DNA from: the human T2T-CHM13v2.0 reference genome, Homo sapiens
Length of the DNA: 64,000 nucleotides
Assembly (NCBI RefSeq): GCF_009914755.1
Contig: NC_060929.1
Direction: 5' to 3' (one strand)
Shown here: positions 35,179 through 47,009 of the stretch, in pieces
Position numbering within the stretch: position 1 is the first letter of the stretch
Layout of the letters: every line of letters begins with the position of its first letter
The notes under the pieces: generated by a model
What the model saw: the letters and a program-made list of their open reading frames with translations, nothing else
Told to the model about the DNA's origin: nothing
The model's database searches: none
Made by a program: the position numbers and the translations under genes

Positions 35179-35649
35179 GGGTACAAAGTGTGATGAGGAA
35201 TTTTTAAAAAATTACTTCACAAATTTTATGTATAATACATAAACAGCTTAAGGAATTTTCAGAAAATGAACACCCATGTACATAAAGAAGGAATGAATTT
35301 TTACCCAAGTATTTTGTCTTAAGAAAACTAGTTTGTGTGTGAAAACCCTTTTCAGATATGTGTCATTTTTTGAAGAAATACAAGAAAGCATGAAGGAATG
35401 AAATTTAAAACTAAATTCAAATTGATTTGTAAATGTTATAATGCTTAGATGTAAAATAAATATTTACATATTACTTGTTTTACTTTAGCAATAATCAATT
35501 GGAAGATACAACAAAAGATAAAACAGAAACTAATTCACAATAGCATCTAAGAATATAAGATATCTAGTAATATAAATGAGAACATTATAGTCCTCTACAA
35601 AGAAAACAACTTTACTTGGAAAAGTAAGAAAAACATTGATGAAACATAG

Positions 35650-35988
<339 letters not shown>

Positions 35989-36049
35989 ATAAATGTTTAT
36001 TTTAAAAATAAAAATTATTGCACTATTATAGGTTGAATCAAATTCCCAT

Positions 36050-36633
36050 TGTAAAAAGTAAAGTAGAGGTTCCTCTTCAAAAATACTTTCCTCCCTAATT
36101 AAAAATAAATAACTTATCTTAAAAACAAAATTTATTCAAAAACCTATACTAACATTCTTAAATATCTACTAGCCATAATTAAAAAATCAATATACTTTAT
36201 ATTCTTAACTCCAACAATTTAGCCTAAATACTTGCCCTAACATACTTATACTAGTCCAAACAAACATTAAATCATAGCCTGTTCCTCTTCCTTATTTAAA
36301 AGTGTTTTTACCTTTCTCAACATTCCACAAGTTACTTCCTCCTTCCTTTGTTCTCCTCTGCCTTTGCCTCTTTTAAAAAATTCTAAGTTACTAGCCGATC
36401 GAAACACATACAAAATATAAAGTCCCATTCCAACCAATAAAAACCAAACACAACAATAAAATAAACACATTGAATTAGAAATAATCCTGTCTCCTTTGTT
36501 CAATATACTCTCATAACAAAACTATTGACAAATATAACCTTTCTACAAAAAATAAAAACAGCCTTACTAAAAAAATTAAATTTATATTCAAATACTATTT
36601 CTTTACAACACCAAAAAACAAACATTTCAAACA
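36050..36633 (+). mobile_element. LTR10C-like (ERV1/HERV-I group) solo LTR, heavily G-to-A hypermutated, 4-bp TSD ccat
   Basis: TG...CA ends, ccat on both flanks, start tgtaaaaagtaaagtagaggttcctcttcaaa and pyrimidine tracts match recalled LTR10C; about 29 G vs 128 C by hand count. Confidence 0.85.
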
Positions 36634-37680
36634 CCATAAAAATAAGACAAGTAAGAATACATTTTGAAATTATAAATGACAAGATTTATAAAGTCTTATC
36701 CTGCTAGATAAATGAAACATAAAAAAAGATAAGATTTAAAGCAATAAAACACTATCAAAAATAATATACAATCAATGGAACAGAACACATATCTTAAAAA
36801 CAGAGGCCCACTATAGTAGTTCTCACACCTAAGCATTCACAAGAATCACCTGAGGAGCAAGGAAACACTGCAAAACTCTGGGCTTCAACTCAAAATTTCT
36901 AAATCAAGACTTCTAACTGGTCCCAGTCCTACACTCCTACATGAGCCCAAACCTTCCTGACAATGATAATCAGAGAGAAAATAAACCAGTCAACCGTCTT
37001 GGTGGCTGTAATCCCAGAGTAACTCATGCAAGAACCCTAAGTCATACAAGGAGGTGTATGTACAGGGATGGGGGTACTCTGCCTTTTCCAAGAGTAGAGC
37101 AGAGACTCGTGCAACGGGAAAGGAGATGAGAATATGCAACTACATCATTCATGAACTAAAATGACACGACTATGACATTACAGGTCTAGACAAATTCAAA
37201 GGAGTCCTTGAATATATGTGTCTATACAGACCCACAAAGTTTTGCCTGTTGTCTCTTTTTTTGACTCTATTTATTGGGACATTAAAAGAAAGTATTTTCA
37301 GTTGTCTCTTTATATATACACCAAGCATTCATATTTATATGTTTATTTTCATTTACACTTCCTCCTCACCCAGTAAGACATTAGAACAGTTTTATGATTC
37401 TACCAACTATTTTGCCAGGGTTTCCATGACTTTTAATTACCAAGTTATTCAATACATTAAGTTACTATCATGAGCTAACACAATAGGCCTCTACACAGTT
37501 CATGCTTAGTAATTATTCAAATGCCAGTTGGCTTTTTTCAAGTGTGTGTGAGCCATATTAAGCATGTGTAGTCATAATTATGCAAAGAAACCATAGTTTA
37601 TTTTGTGCTTTATTGAATGGAAAACAACTGATTTAAGGGTTTTTCAATCATTTGAACTGGAATAATTGTCGGGCATTTTT

Positions 37681-37772
37681 TTTTTTTTTTTTTTTTTTGA
37701 GACAGAGTCTTGCTCTGTCGCCCAGGCTGGAGTGCAGTGACGCGATCTCGGCTCACTGCAAGCTCTGCCTCC
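37681..37772 (-). mobile_element. 5'-truncated AluY (~74 nt plus tail), 17-bp TSD aattgtcgggcattttt
   Basis: TSD 37664-37680 / 37773-37789, followed by aaaa. Confidence 0.93.
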
Positions 37773-37829
37773 AATTGTCGGGCATTTTTAAAAATCATGT
37801 TAGCAATCCACATCATGCCACAAACTTAC

Positions 37830-38562
37830 TATTGAAAAATAAAATCAGATACAATTTTAAAATTATAGAAGTTTATTGCTCATACAAAAAATTAGTTCAC
37901 AAACCGGAAGACCACAGACTGAAAGTGGTAGGAAGCCTCCTTAGAACTGTTAAAATGCAGTTTATAAAAATTGGAAATCATCATTCTCAGTAAACTATCG
38001 CAAGGACAAAAAACCAAACACCGCATGTTCTCACTCATAGGTGGGAATTGAACAATGAGAACACATGGACACAGGAAGGGGAACATCACACTCTGGGGAC
38101 TGTTGTGGGGTGGGGTGAGGGGGGAGGGATAGCATTAAGAGATATACCTAATGCTAAATGACCAGTTAATGGGTGCAGCACACCAGCATGGCACATGTAT
38201 ACATATGTAACTAACCTGCACATTGTGCACATGTACCCTAAAACTTAAAGTATAATAATAATAAAATAAATTAAAAAAACCATAAAAGAGTATGTATTTC
38301 GACCATTTTCATGATTGGCTGTTATATATTAACATTCTTTTTAAGGCAAGCAGGGCTGTTGAACTGATCTGTCTGTAGCTGATTGGTTTAGTTTCACTGA
38401 ATCATACTGACAGAGATGAAAAGCTTCCATTTCACGTTTTGTTTTTTATTAGAACCAGCATTTCAAGTAAATCAGAATAACTTAAGTTTTGGCTACATGG
38501 CTATGGGCAGTTGGCCTTGGGGTACATCAAAACTGTGGCCTTCATTTTAATTTTTCTTTAGC
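37830..38562 (-). mobile_element. Old ERV1-type LTR (MER89/MER90-like), split by an L1
   Basis: tttattg poly(A)-signal complement, two gattgg (CCAAT) boxes, terminal 'gtggccttcattttaatttttctttagca'. Confidence 0.5.
37968..38279 (+). mobile_element. L1PA2/PA3 3' end (~310 bp)
   Basis: 'aaattggaaatcatcattctcagtaaactatcgcaagg', 'gtaactaacctgcacattgtg', A tail. Confidence 0.93.
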
Positions 38563-39020
38563 ATACTAAATTTTAGATGAATGAAAGAAATAAGGATAAG
38601 AGACTCTAAATAAAAATAGGAAATATGCTTGAGGATCATAAAAATATAAAATGAATATAAAAATCTGAGGATTTTGATGGCACACACGGAACCTCTGTAA
38701 TGATCAAAGCAATGAAAGATATTGACAAATACTACTGAAAGATAGGATCTCAATAAAATAAGTTTAAAAGAAAATAATCTAGGCAATTTTTTTCTTGAAA
38801 AACTTTGTTAGATAAAATTTTGTTATTGTTAATATGCAGAGTGCTTACCAAGAAGAAAAGTGATTTTTCAGTATCAAGAGGCATTAAAAAAATTGACTGC
38901 TCCCTCACTCCTGGCCCCATCAATTTATTTTCAGGAATTAGAAGGGAGATAGCATGCACAAAATGCCTATGTCCATGCATCCTTTTAAGCAGGTAGTGTC
39001 CTGTGGCCAACAATGGTCAT

Positions 39021-39126
39021 AATGTTATAATGCTTAGATGTAAAATAAATATTTAAATATTACTTGTTCTACTCTAGAGTAGCAATAACAAATTGGAAGA
39101 TACAACAAAAGATAAAACAGAAACTA
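39021..39126 (+). repeat. Dispersed ~105-bp copy of 35432-35533 flanked by aatggtcat direct repeats
   Basis: Direct alignment of the two segments: about 5 substitutions and one 5-bp indel. Confidence 0.92.
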
Positions 39127-41188
39127 AATGGTCATGGCAGTTAACAGGCTATGAAGCCAAGGCAGGGGTGGGCCCAAAGAACAATAATTCGGAGGTAAGG
39201 TGAAATTAAGCGCCAAGAGGACAAATCTAACAGAAATACCCAATAAGGGTATTACCTGCATCAACCTGCAGGTGCCCATTGCTCTGTTCTACACTCAGAG
39301 GCAGTGTTATTTGACCCTTTGCCAGCACTGCTAGCCACACACTTTTACTCTGTTGCTAGAAGGAAAACAGGTATAAAGAAATGGAATGGAGACAATATGA
39401 GACGCCAGGTGGTGCCAGCAGAGTCCTAGGCACAGGTGTTTCTATAGGGATCATGGCTTTACAGGAGACAGGTGGGGAATGCTTGCGCACACTGAGTTGC
39501 TTAGAAGGAAACGAAAATTTAAGAGTATTATCTCTGCTTGGTAAAACTACAGAAATTTTTATTTTCTTCTTTATACTTTTCAAAGTTAAAAATTCAACAA
39601 TGTCTATTTTATTTATTGTCAGAAAGATCAGCCATAGAATAGGAAAAAAAAACCCTCCCTTCACATTAAGCTTGAACATTTTAATTCTGCCCTAGATTCC
39701 TTAGAAGAAAAGAATAATCATGAATAAAGTTTTCTTAGGGGTTAGCACTTATACTGTGAAAGAACAGTAACTATAGAAGGATATTTTCTCTTTTCATAGT
39801 AGTCTATGCTACTGAAAGTCCTATGAGAGTACTAAAAAACAGGCAATAAATACGATTCTTTTCTAAGTCACATTCACACAAGCACTTGCTTTGTGTGTAT
39901 TTTCCAAGGACAACATTTGTGATAGTGATAATAGAGAGGTAATGGAGCAAATGCATATTTTAAAACGGGATTATAAGAAATATTTCTGCAGTAAATCAAA
40001 AGAAAAGCCCGAAGATATTGAAATAATCCATAGTGGAAAAGGCAATAAATGATCCATGATACCCTATAATCTTTAGGGGCTAACATTTAAGTACCTTTTA
40101 TACATCTAACTGGCTAATTATAAACATTGAGGATCCCATCATTAATAGAATAAAAAAGAAAGATAACATGAAATAAAGCTTTGGGAAGAAATTTATGGGG
40201 AAATAATTTAATAAAGCAATGGAATAGATCTTATGTTGAATAATACAAGAAAAGCCAAAAATTGTTTGAAGCATTCTTGCTATGGATTATTTTGTAATTA
40301 TGTATTAAGACTCAGGTGCAATGCTAAATTTTCTCCTTCTAGTAAAATAGACTGCAGCAATCAGTTTCTCCCTTTCAGACTCAGTTTCTACATCTGCAGT
40401 CATATCACAAAATTTTGATCAGAATCAAATAAGAAAAAATGTGAACATTCTTATTACGTGTAAAGCATTCTATCTAATAATGTTTTAAAGCTATGTCAAA
40501 TATATGTAAAACATTTAATGTAAAATGATGAGACTCGCTAAAACAGTGATCTCCTTTTCTCCTACGTTTTTATCCTCCCTTCTAGAAACAGACTACAAGT
40601 TTCCTCGAAATGATAAAATTAACCAGCATTTAAGCAGAGACCATTCTAAATTGGCTTCTTTCTCAATGCAGACTATTATGGAGCCAAGGTATTCGATTTT
40701 TTATCCAAATGTCCCTTTTTAGTTCTACTGAATAGGAGTATATTAAGCTCTTATTCATATATAAATTTAAACTTAAAACTCAAGTAACAGTGTAAAAGCC
40801 ATAATTTGAAAGCAAAATTAACAATATTTTCTGAGATAGGTTAAAGCATTATTTCATAAGAAGTGAGTTTCTCTTTCTCCCTTGATTGCCCTAAATATCT
40901 GGTAAATAACATTTTAAAATCACATTTACAACATTAGATTTATGACTGCTTTAAATAGTCATCGACCATTTAAACTTCAGATAAGCCTAATCAAGAAAAG
41001 AGTTAATATTGGAATAAATTAAAGGCTATTGTGTTTAGCAATTCGTTATTTATATGGAATAAGTCTCTCTGTATACCTGGTTGCGATGCAGGAAATGTTT
41101 TCTCCTCCTCTGCCAGCCCACACAACTGTGAGTTGTTTCTAAAGAAAACAGTAGCAGCTGGGAGAACAGAAAAAAATGAGTAATGTAC

Positions 41189-41551
41189 TGTCTTAATCAT
41201 TTGAGGCCGCTATAACAAATTATTTTAAACTGAGTGGCTTAACAACAGAAATTTTTTTCTCACAGTTCTGGAGGCTGAAAGTCCAAAATCAAGGTACTAA
41301 TAGAACCAATCTTATAAGGACCCACATTCTAGTCTGCAGATAGCCATCTTTTCTTGGATCCTCACACAGCAGAGAGCAGAGAGAAAACAAGCTCTCACCC
41401 CTCTCTTGTTAGGGCACTAATCCCACTCACGAGGACTCCACCCTCATAACCTAATTACCTCTCAAAGGCCCTGCATCCTGACATCATCACATTAGGGATT
41501 AGGGTTTCAACAGATGAATTTTGGGAAAGGACAAACATTTGATCCATAACA
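41189..41551 (-). mobile_element. MLT1A/A0 MaLR solo LTR, TSD tgtac/tgtat
   Basis: 'tgtcttaatcattt..gctataacaaa...tctcacagttctggaggctg...ccataaca'. Confidence 0.88.
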
Positions 41552-41619
41552 TGTATGTTCCCAAGATATGGCAGTATTAGCAGAGAATAACTGAAGGCCT
41601 AAAATGTGTTCAGTGTTAT

Positions 41620-42090
41620 CTTAGTTTTGGGAGACAACGAAAAATAAGCAAGATAGGCTGCTCCCAGATGGAGAGAAAGACTGCAACAAAGAATCATAAT
41701 GAAGGATGGTGAGCAAACTGCAGGGCAAAATACAATCTACTATGGAGGTTCTCAAGGCATCTAACCCAGTGTAGGAGTTGCCGAAAAGATTTCCAGAGGA
41801 AATGGTATCTATGAGTAGGATGAAGGCAGATGAGACAAGGGGCTGGTGTTCAGGCCAAGGAGGTGAAAGGAAATGTGACTTGCTGACGAATAGAAGGACT
41901 TCACTTTGACACAAGTTTAAAAAGTGTTTATAGTGTTTATGGGAATGACAAAACAGGAGGCTGTCAAAATAAGCAAAAGCCAGACACTTATGAGGGCTTT
42001 GTAAGTCATGTCTAGGAGTTTGAGTTTTTCTAAGAGGTTCAGAAAGTCAGAGAAGGGATTTAAGCAGGGGAATGTCATAAAGATTTGTTT
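41620..42090 (-). mobile_element. L2 fragment
   Basis: 'gagggctttgtaagtcatgtctaggagtttgagttttt', 'atttaagcaggggaatg'. Confidence 0.65.
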
Positions 42091-42109
42091 AATAAAAATG
42101 AAATAAGAG

Positions 42110-42315
42110 CTGCCGTTAAATGCTTTCTGGGACTAAATACTTAATAAACATCAACTCCTTTAATCTTTACCATGAGCCTAGGAATTGGGTAATAGTGTAA
42201 TAGTATTATTCTCACTTTCCCAATTTAAAAAAGTGAATTTTATAGAGGATGGTTGCCCAGAATTCACACAGCTAGAATGTGGCTGAGCCATAACTTGAGC
42301 CCAAATCTATTTGAG
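42110..42315 (-). mobile_element. MIR
   Basis: 'ttgcccagaattcacacagctagaatgtggctgagcc..acttgagcccaaatct'. Confidence 0.65.
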
Positions 42316-42341
42316 AAAAAGTAGGGGGGTGGTGGGATAAG

Positions 42342-42412
42342 TATTAGGTTGAGTCTTGCTAATATTGATTATTTTCATTGCTGAAAACAGCTATTTCACA
42401 TGATTTAATCTG
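42342..42412. mobile_element. Possible MADE2 mariner MITE (degenerate)
   Basis: tattaggttga... / ...atttcacatgatttaatct. Confidence 0.4.
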
Positions 42413-43789
42413 TCTTAAAAAATCCCCACACCTTCTGAAATTAACTTTCAATTTCAAAAATTGAGCTGCCAAATGCAGATATCAAAAGAACAGAGATGTC
42501 ATTTGAAATTCTCAGTCCAAATCATTTTGGCAGTCTCAGACTTTGTGGATTTAAACCCAAAGGTCTCTGGCTTAATTCTCATCTCTCTCCACCTCTGTCA
42601 TTCCAAGTCTTTTTTTGTCTCTTGCTTTCTGCAATTCCCTGTCAGCCAGGAGACTGCTGACTCTGTCAGTGTGTTCCAAGACCTTTGCCTCCTCTGCGTT
42701 TTCCCCAATGTCTCTATTCTCAGTGTGTTTTTTATAGAGTAAAAAAGAACTGATTGCAGAGCACATCTTGGAGACTTTCCCCTGGAATCTGAAGGGCCTT
42801 ACAGAGATTCCATGGGTGATGCACTCCCCATTCCATTCTCCAGAACTCTCGTGTGTTGCTGCTTCTCCCATCTCTGTATCCTTCACAGACCTCAGCATCT
42901 AAACTCAAATAAAGAGAATTAAAGATGTGAGTGCATTGTAAGTTGCATTTGAAGCCTACTTTCCTTCCCAAGAAAGACAGCTACCTAATCATAAATACCA
43001 ACAGGTAATATTCCCCCTAGACCTCGATCTTTGAAACTCATTTGAAATTCTCAGCAAAGATGGGCGATTTGATTGATCAGTGGGTGGGTACCAATAGGGC
43101 CCAAGTGTAGCCTTCAGTTTGATATCGGCTTTTGACAATTATGTTATAGGAGAATAATCCCATTCTGCTTCCCTCATTATTGTTCTTTCTTTTTCGTTGT
43201 TCCTCTACCTCTGCCAACAGCTCCACCAGGAGTTTGTTCACCCAAAGTATTCTGCTCAATAATGACTTTACTGTTTTGTAAAATTCATGCATGTTCACTA
43301 TAATGAAATCAAGAAGTAGACATTTGTATAAAGAAAATAACCAAAACATTCCAAATAGCACTAGAGAATTATGTCAAGGGATTATCATTCCAGACATCTC
43401 TTGATGAAGATTTACAGATCAAAGGGTGGACAGGGAGATGAATTAAAAAAATGGTGAATAGATATACAGATAAGTGACTAGGTTATTAGGGAGGTAGGAA
43501 GCTAAATGATAGATATATAGATAGATCGATAGATTGATAGGTGGAAAATTAATCAAAAGATAAAAGTAATTTTTAAAAAATGATTATCCTATACATGATA
43601 TTTTTTAAAGGATAATATTAGATTTAATTTTTGCCTTCAACAAAAGAAGAAACCCAAGGGAAGCTGAAGAAAAAGGAATTGCTAGACTTTAAGTGTATGT
43701 TTTTAAATTTCAATATATAATTTCATTTCTCCTTTATGAATAAAAACATAGGAAACAGTACTAAAAGTCTAGAGTTATTATTTCTTTTA

Positions 43790-44270
43790 AACAACATGTT
43801 TCAACTTTAGGGAGAATAATTGACTCCCCTGCTTTTAATTGTGAGAAAATTAGCACTCTTATATATCCTTTAGTCTCACTCCTACTCCCTAATATTAGTT
43901 ATGTAATCACTGATATTACAGGATTTACAACATTTATATTCTGTTCTACAACCATAATCCCCTCAGTTATTAAGTCTAAGTTCTGTATATTAATAGATGC
44001 TATGATAACCACTAGCCCTGTTACCACACTTTTCTGTAGTCGTATCTTGGTTGAATAGACTTAATCATTAATTCATTTTTAAGAAAGGCTCATCATTCCT
44101 GTATTGTATGCATTTCTATATACCTGAAAATGTCAATATGTTGCCTTTTATATTAGATTAAAAATGAAAGAGTATAAAATTATTGGATCAGTATCTTTTT
44201 TACTACTAAATTTTCTAAGCATGCCTTCACCATCTTCGTAAATTGACTATTGGTTTAATACTTTAGTATT
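43790..44270 (-). mobile_element. Old L1M fragment
   Basis: 'cctgaaaatgtc....ttgcctt...gagtataaaattattggatca'; appears to resume after ~47010. Confidence 0.5.
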
Positions 44271-44289
44271 TTTTTGCATTTGTCTCTTG

Positions 44290-45036
44290 GCAGCAGGATT
44301 TCTTAGTTTCCTCAGTATTTGCTTAAAAAATAAATAAAAGTCCATGGGTGCTATGCCCACCAGTACCACACTTAGAACTATGCAGGAAGTACTCTCACCC
44401 CAATCCCTATATTTTAAAGGGCCTGGAACTAGCTTACCCCAGCTCATGTCTTTCTCAGACATGGTATAAGGGGTTTGCTGGTTCAAGGGTCTTTGTCTTT
44501 GTGCTCTTATTCTAAACTACGCTTTGGGTACCTGGATACCCAACATTCTCTGCCCAAACAACCTTAAGCCTGTTTCCAGGGCCTACACATGCACCTTCCC
44601 CAGGTCTGTTCTCCTGAGAGTGGACCAAGCCACCACACCTAGACCCAAGGAATATCCCAGGGATTACTGCTTGAGAAGGTATGGATACAACTTGAATGTG
44701 TGAACTAAGGTATTCAGATATATGCAAATGATGTCCCTGATGACGTCCAACATTGACAAGTGTCCTGGGGTCAAGCTGGCTCTTGCCACACAATCATATT
44801 TTCAGTTAGAACTCCAAGTCGTTGAAAAATTCTAAATTTAAACCCAGAATTCCAGACTGTTGAAAAACTATATTTGTCAAGGTAGGAGGAGAGAACATAT
44901 TTTATTTTATATAGTTGTTAGACACACATACACACACACACACACATATATGCATACAAAATCTTAGATATCATCTTTTACATTTTGACATATGGTACAT
45001 CAGTCGCCATTTATAGTCTTGACTAGTTCCCACTGG
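44290..45036. mobile_element. hAT-Tip100-type DNA transposon remnant (exact family uncertain)
   Basis: 'tatatttgtcaaggtaggaggagagaacatatttt' and 'gacatatggta...ccattt.tagtcttg' resemble a recalled hAT-Tip100 subterminal region. Confidence 0.45.
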
Positions 45037-45038
45037 TA

Positions 45039-46983
45039 TGAGGGGACTTCATAACGTTTATGGTAAAATAGAATTTAAAGGTAAAAATTAAAAATATAAA
45101 CTTTGTTTCTCAACATAAGCTCCATCAAGGTCAAGGCACTTTTGTAAGTGACAATACCCATCATTTAGTTCATCCCTAAAGAACTGAGGATCTTGGTAAT
45201 TTAACCATGCCAATGCAGTCTTCTTTACATTATTAACTGAAGAAAAGTGAGTACTCTCACGCCAGTTAGAATGGCGATCATTAAAAAAGTCAGGAAACAG
45301 ATGCTGGAGAGGATGTGGAGAAATAGGAATGCTTTTACACTGTTGGTGGGAGTGTAAATTAGCTCAACCACTGTGGAAGACAGTGTGGCGATTCCTCAAG
45401 GATCTAGAACCAGAAATACCATTTGACCCAGCAATCCCATTACTGGGTATATACCCAAAGGATTATAAATCAGTCTACTATAAAAACACAAGCATACATA
45501 TGTTTATGCAGCACTATTCACAATAGCAAAGACTTGGAAGCAACCCAAATGCCCATCAATGATAGACTGGATAAAGAAACTGTGGCACATATAAACCATG
45601 GAATACTATGTGGCCATGAAAAAGAATGAGTTCATGTCATTTGCAAGGACATGGATGAAGCTGGAAACCATCATTCTCAGCAAACTAACACAGGAACAGA
45701 AAACCAAACACCGCATGTTCTCACTCATGAGTGGGAGTTGAACAATGCGACCACATGGACACAGGGAGGGGAACATCACAACTGGGGCCCGTCAGGGGGT
45801 GGGGGGCAAGGGGAGGGAGAGCATTAGGATAAATACCTAATGCATACGGGGCTTAAAACCTAGGTGACAGGTTGATGCGTGCAGCAAACCACCATGGCAC
45901 ATGTATACCTATGTAACAAAGTTTAATTAAAAAAAAAAAGATAAGGAAACAAAAATAAGTCAGAAGGAGCCAAATCAGGACTGCAAGGTGGATGCCTACT
46001 ACTTTCCCATAGAATTGTTCACAAAATGTCCTTTGTTTGATGAGAGAAATAAGCAGAAGCATTGTGATAGTAGAGGAATCGCTGGTGAAGCTTTCTCAGG
46101 CATTTTTCTGCTAAAGCTTTGGTTAACTTTTTCAAAACACTTTCGTAATAAGCAGACGTTGTCATTCTTTGAACCTCCAAAAAATCAACAAGCAATATTT
46201 TGAGTACCCCCAAAAGCTATTGCCATGATGTTTGCTTTTGACTGTTTTTGCTTTGACGGGACCACTTTCAGCTTTGGATTGGGCTTTGTCTTCAGGATTG
46301 TACAGGTAAAGCCACATTTCATTTCCAGATACAATTCTTAGAAGAAATATTTCAGGATCTTCATCCCATTTGCTTAAAATTTCCCTTGAAAGCTCTTTAC
46401 TTGTCTGTAGCTAATCTGGGCACAAAAGTTTTAGTACCCATTGGGTGAAAAGTTTGCTCAACTTTAATTTTTCAGTCAGAATTATATAAGCTGAACCAAT
46501 TGAGATGTCTATGGTATTGGTTATTGTTTGTGCTGTTGTTAATCATCAGTCGTCTTCAATTAGGGTGCCAACAAGATGAAATTTTGCCTTGCAAATTATG
46601 TGGATGGTCTGCTGCTGCACGCTTCCTCTTCAACATAATCTCGTTTCCTTTTATTGACAGTTATTCGTGTTCAAACTGCTGATTTATTTGGGGCATTGTC
46701 CTCATAAACATTTTTTAAAGCATCAATGATTTCAGCAGTCTTCCACCCACATTTCACCACAAATTTGATGTTTGTTCTTGCTTCAATTTTAGCAGAATTC
46801 AAGTTTTCCTGATAGAGGCTCTTTTCAAACTGATATCTTATCCTTCTTAGTGCCTCAAACTAGATCCTGTTCAGACGTGCTATGACGAGTTCGTACAAGT
46901 TTATTTTGCTGCAAAAAAATTTTCAAACCTACACATAGTATTTTCATAATATGCATTTTCCATTAACTGTTTAAAGCCCCCTT
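45039..46983 (-). mobile_element. HSMAR2 mariner transposon, near full length, transposase disrupted
   Basis: TIR-like ends with TA flanks; peptide LLVDFLEVQRMTTSAYYESVLKKLTKALAEKC..KLHQR..YHNASA. Confidence 0.92.
45255..45939 (+). mobile_element. L1PA7-like 3' fragment inserted in HSMAR2
   Basis: [36 protein letters not shown]; 3'UTR 'aatgcatacggggcttaaaacctag'; no TSD visible. Confidence 0.92.
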
Positions 46984-47009
46984 TATAATGTGCTGGAGTG
47001 ATGGCCTCT

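Noticed and set aside
36267-36707. Hydrophobic or K/N-rich ORFs; also a possible mitochondrial insertion because of the G-poor strand
   Set aside because: The skew is bounded by LTR termini and a TSD, and no mitochondrial gene motifs are recognisable
42461-42971. Overlapping ORFs of 79-108 aa in unique DNA
   Set aside because: No recognisable domain or coherent exon structure; lengths compatible with chance
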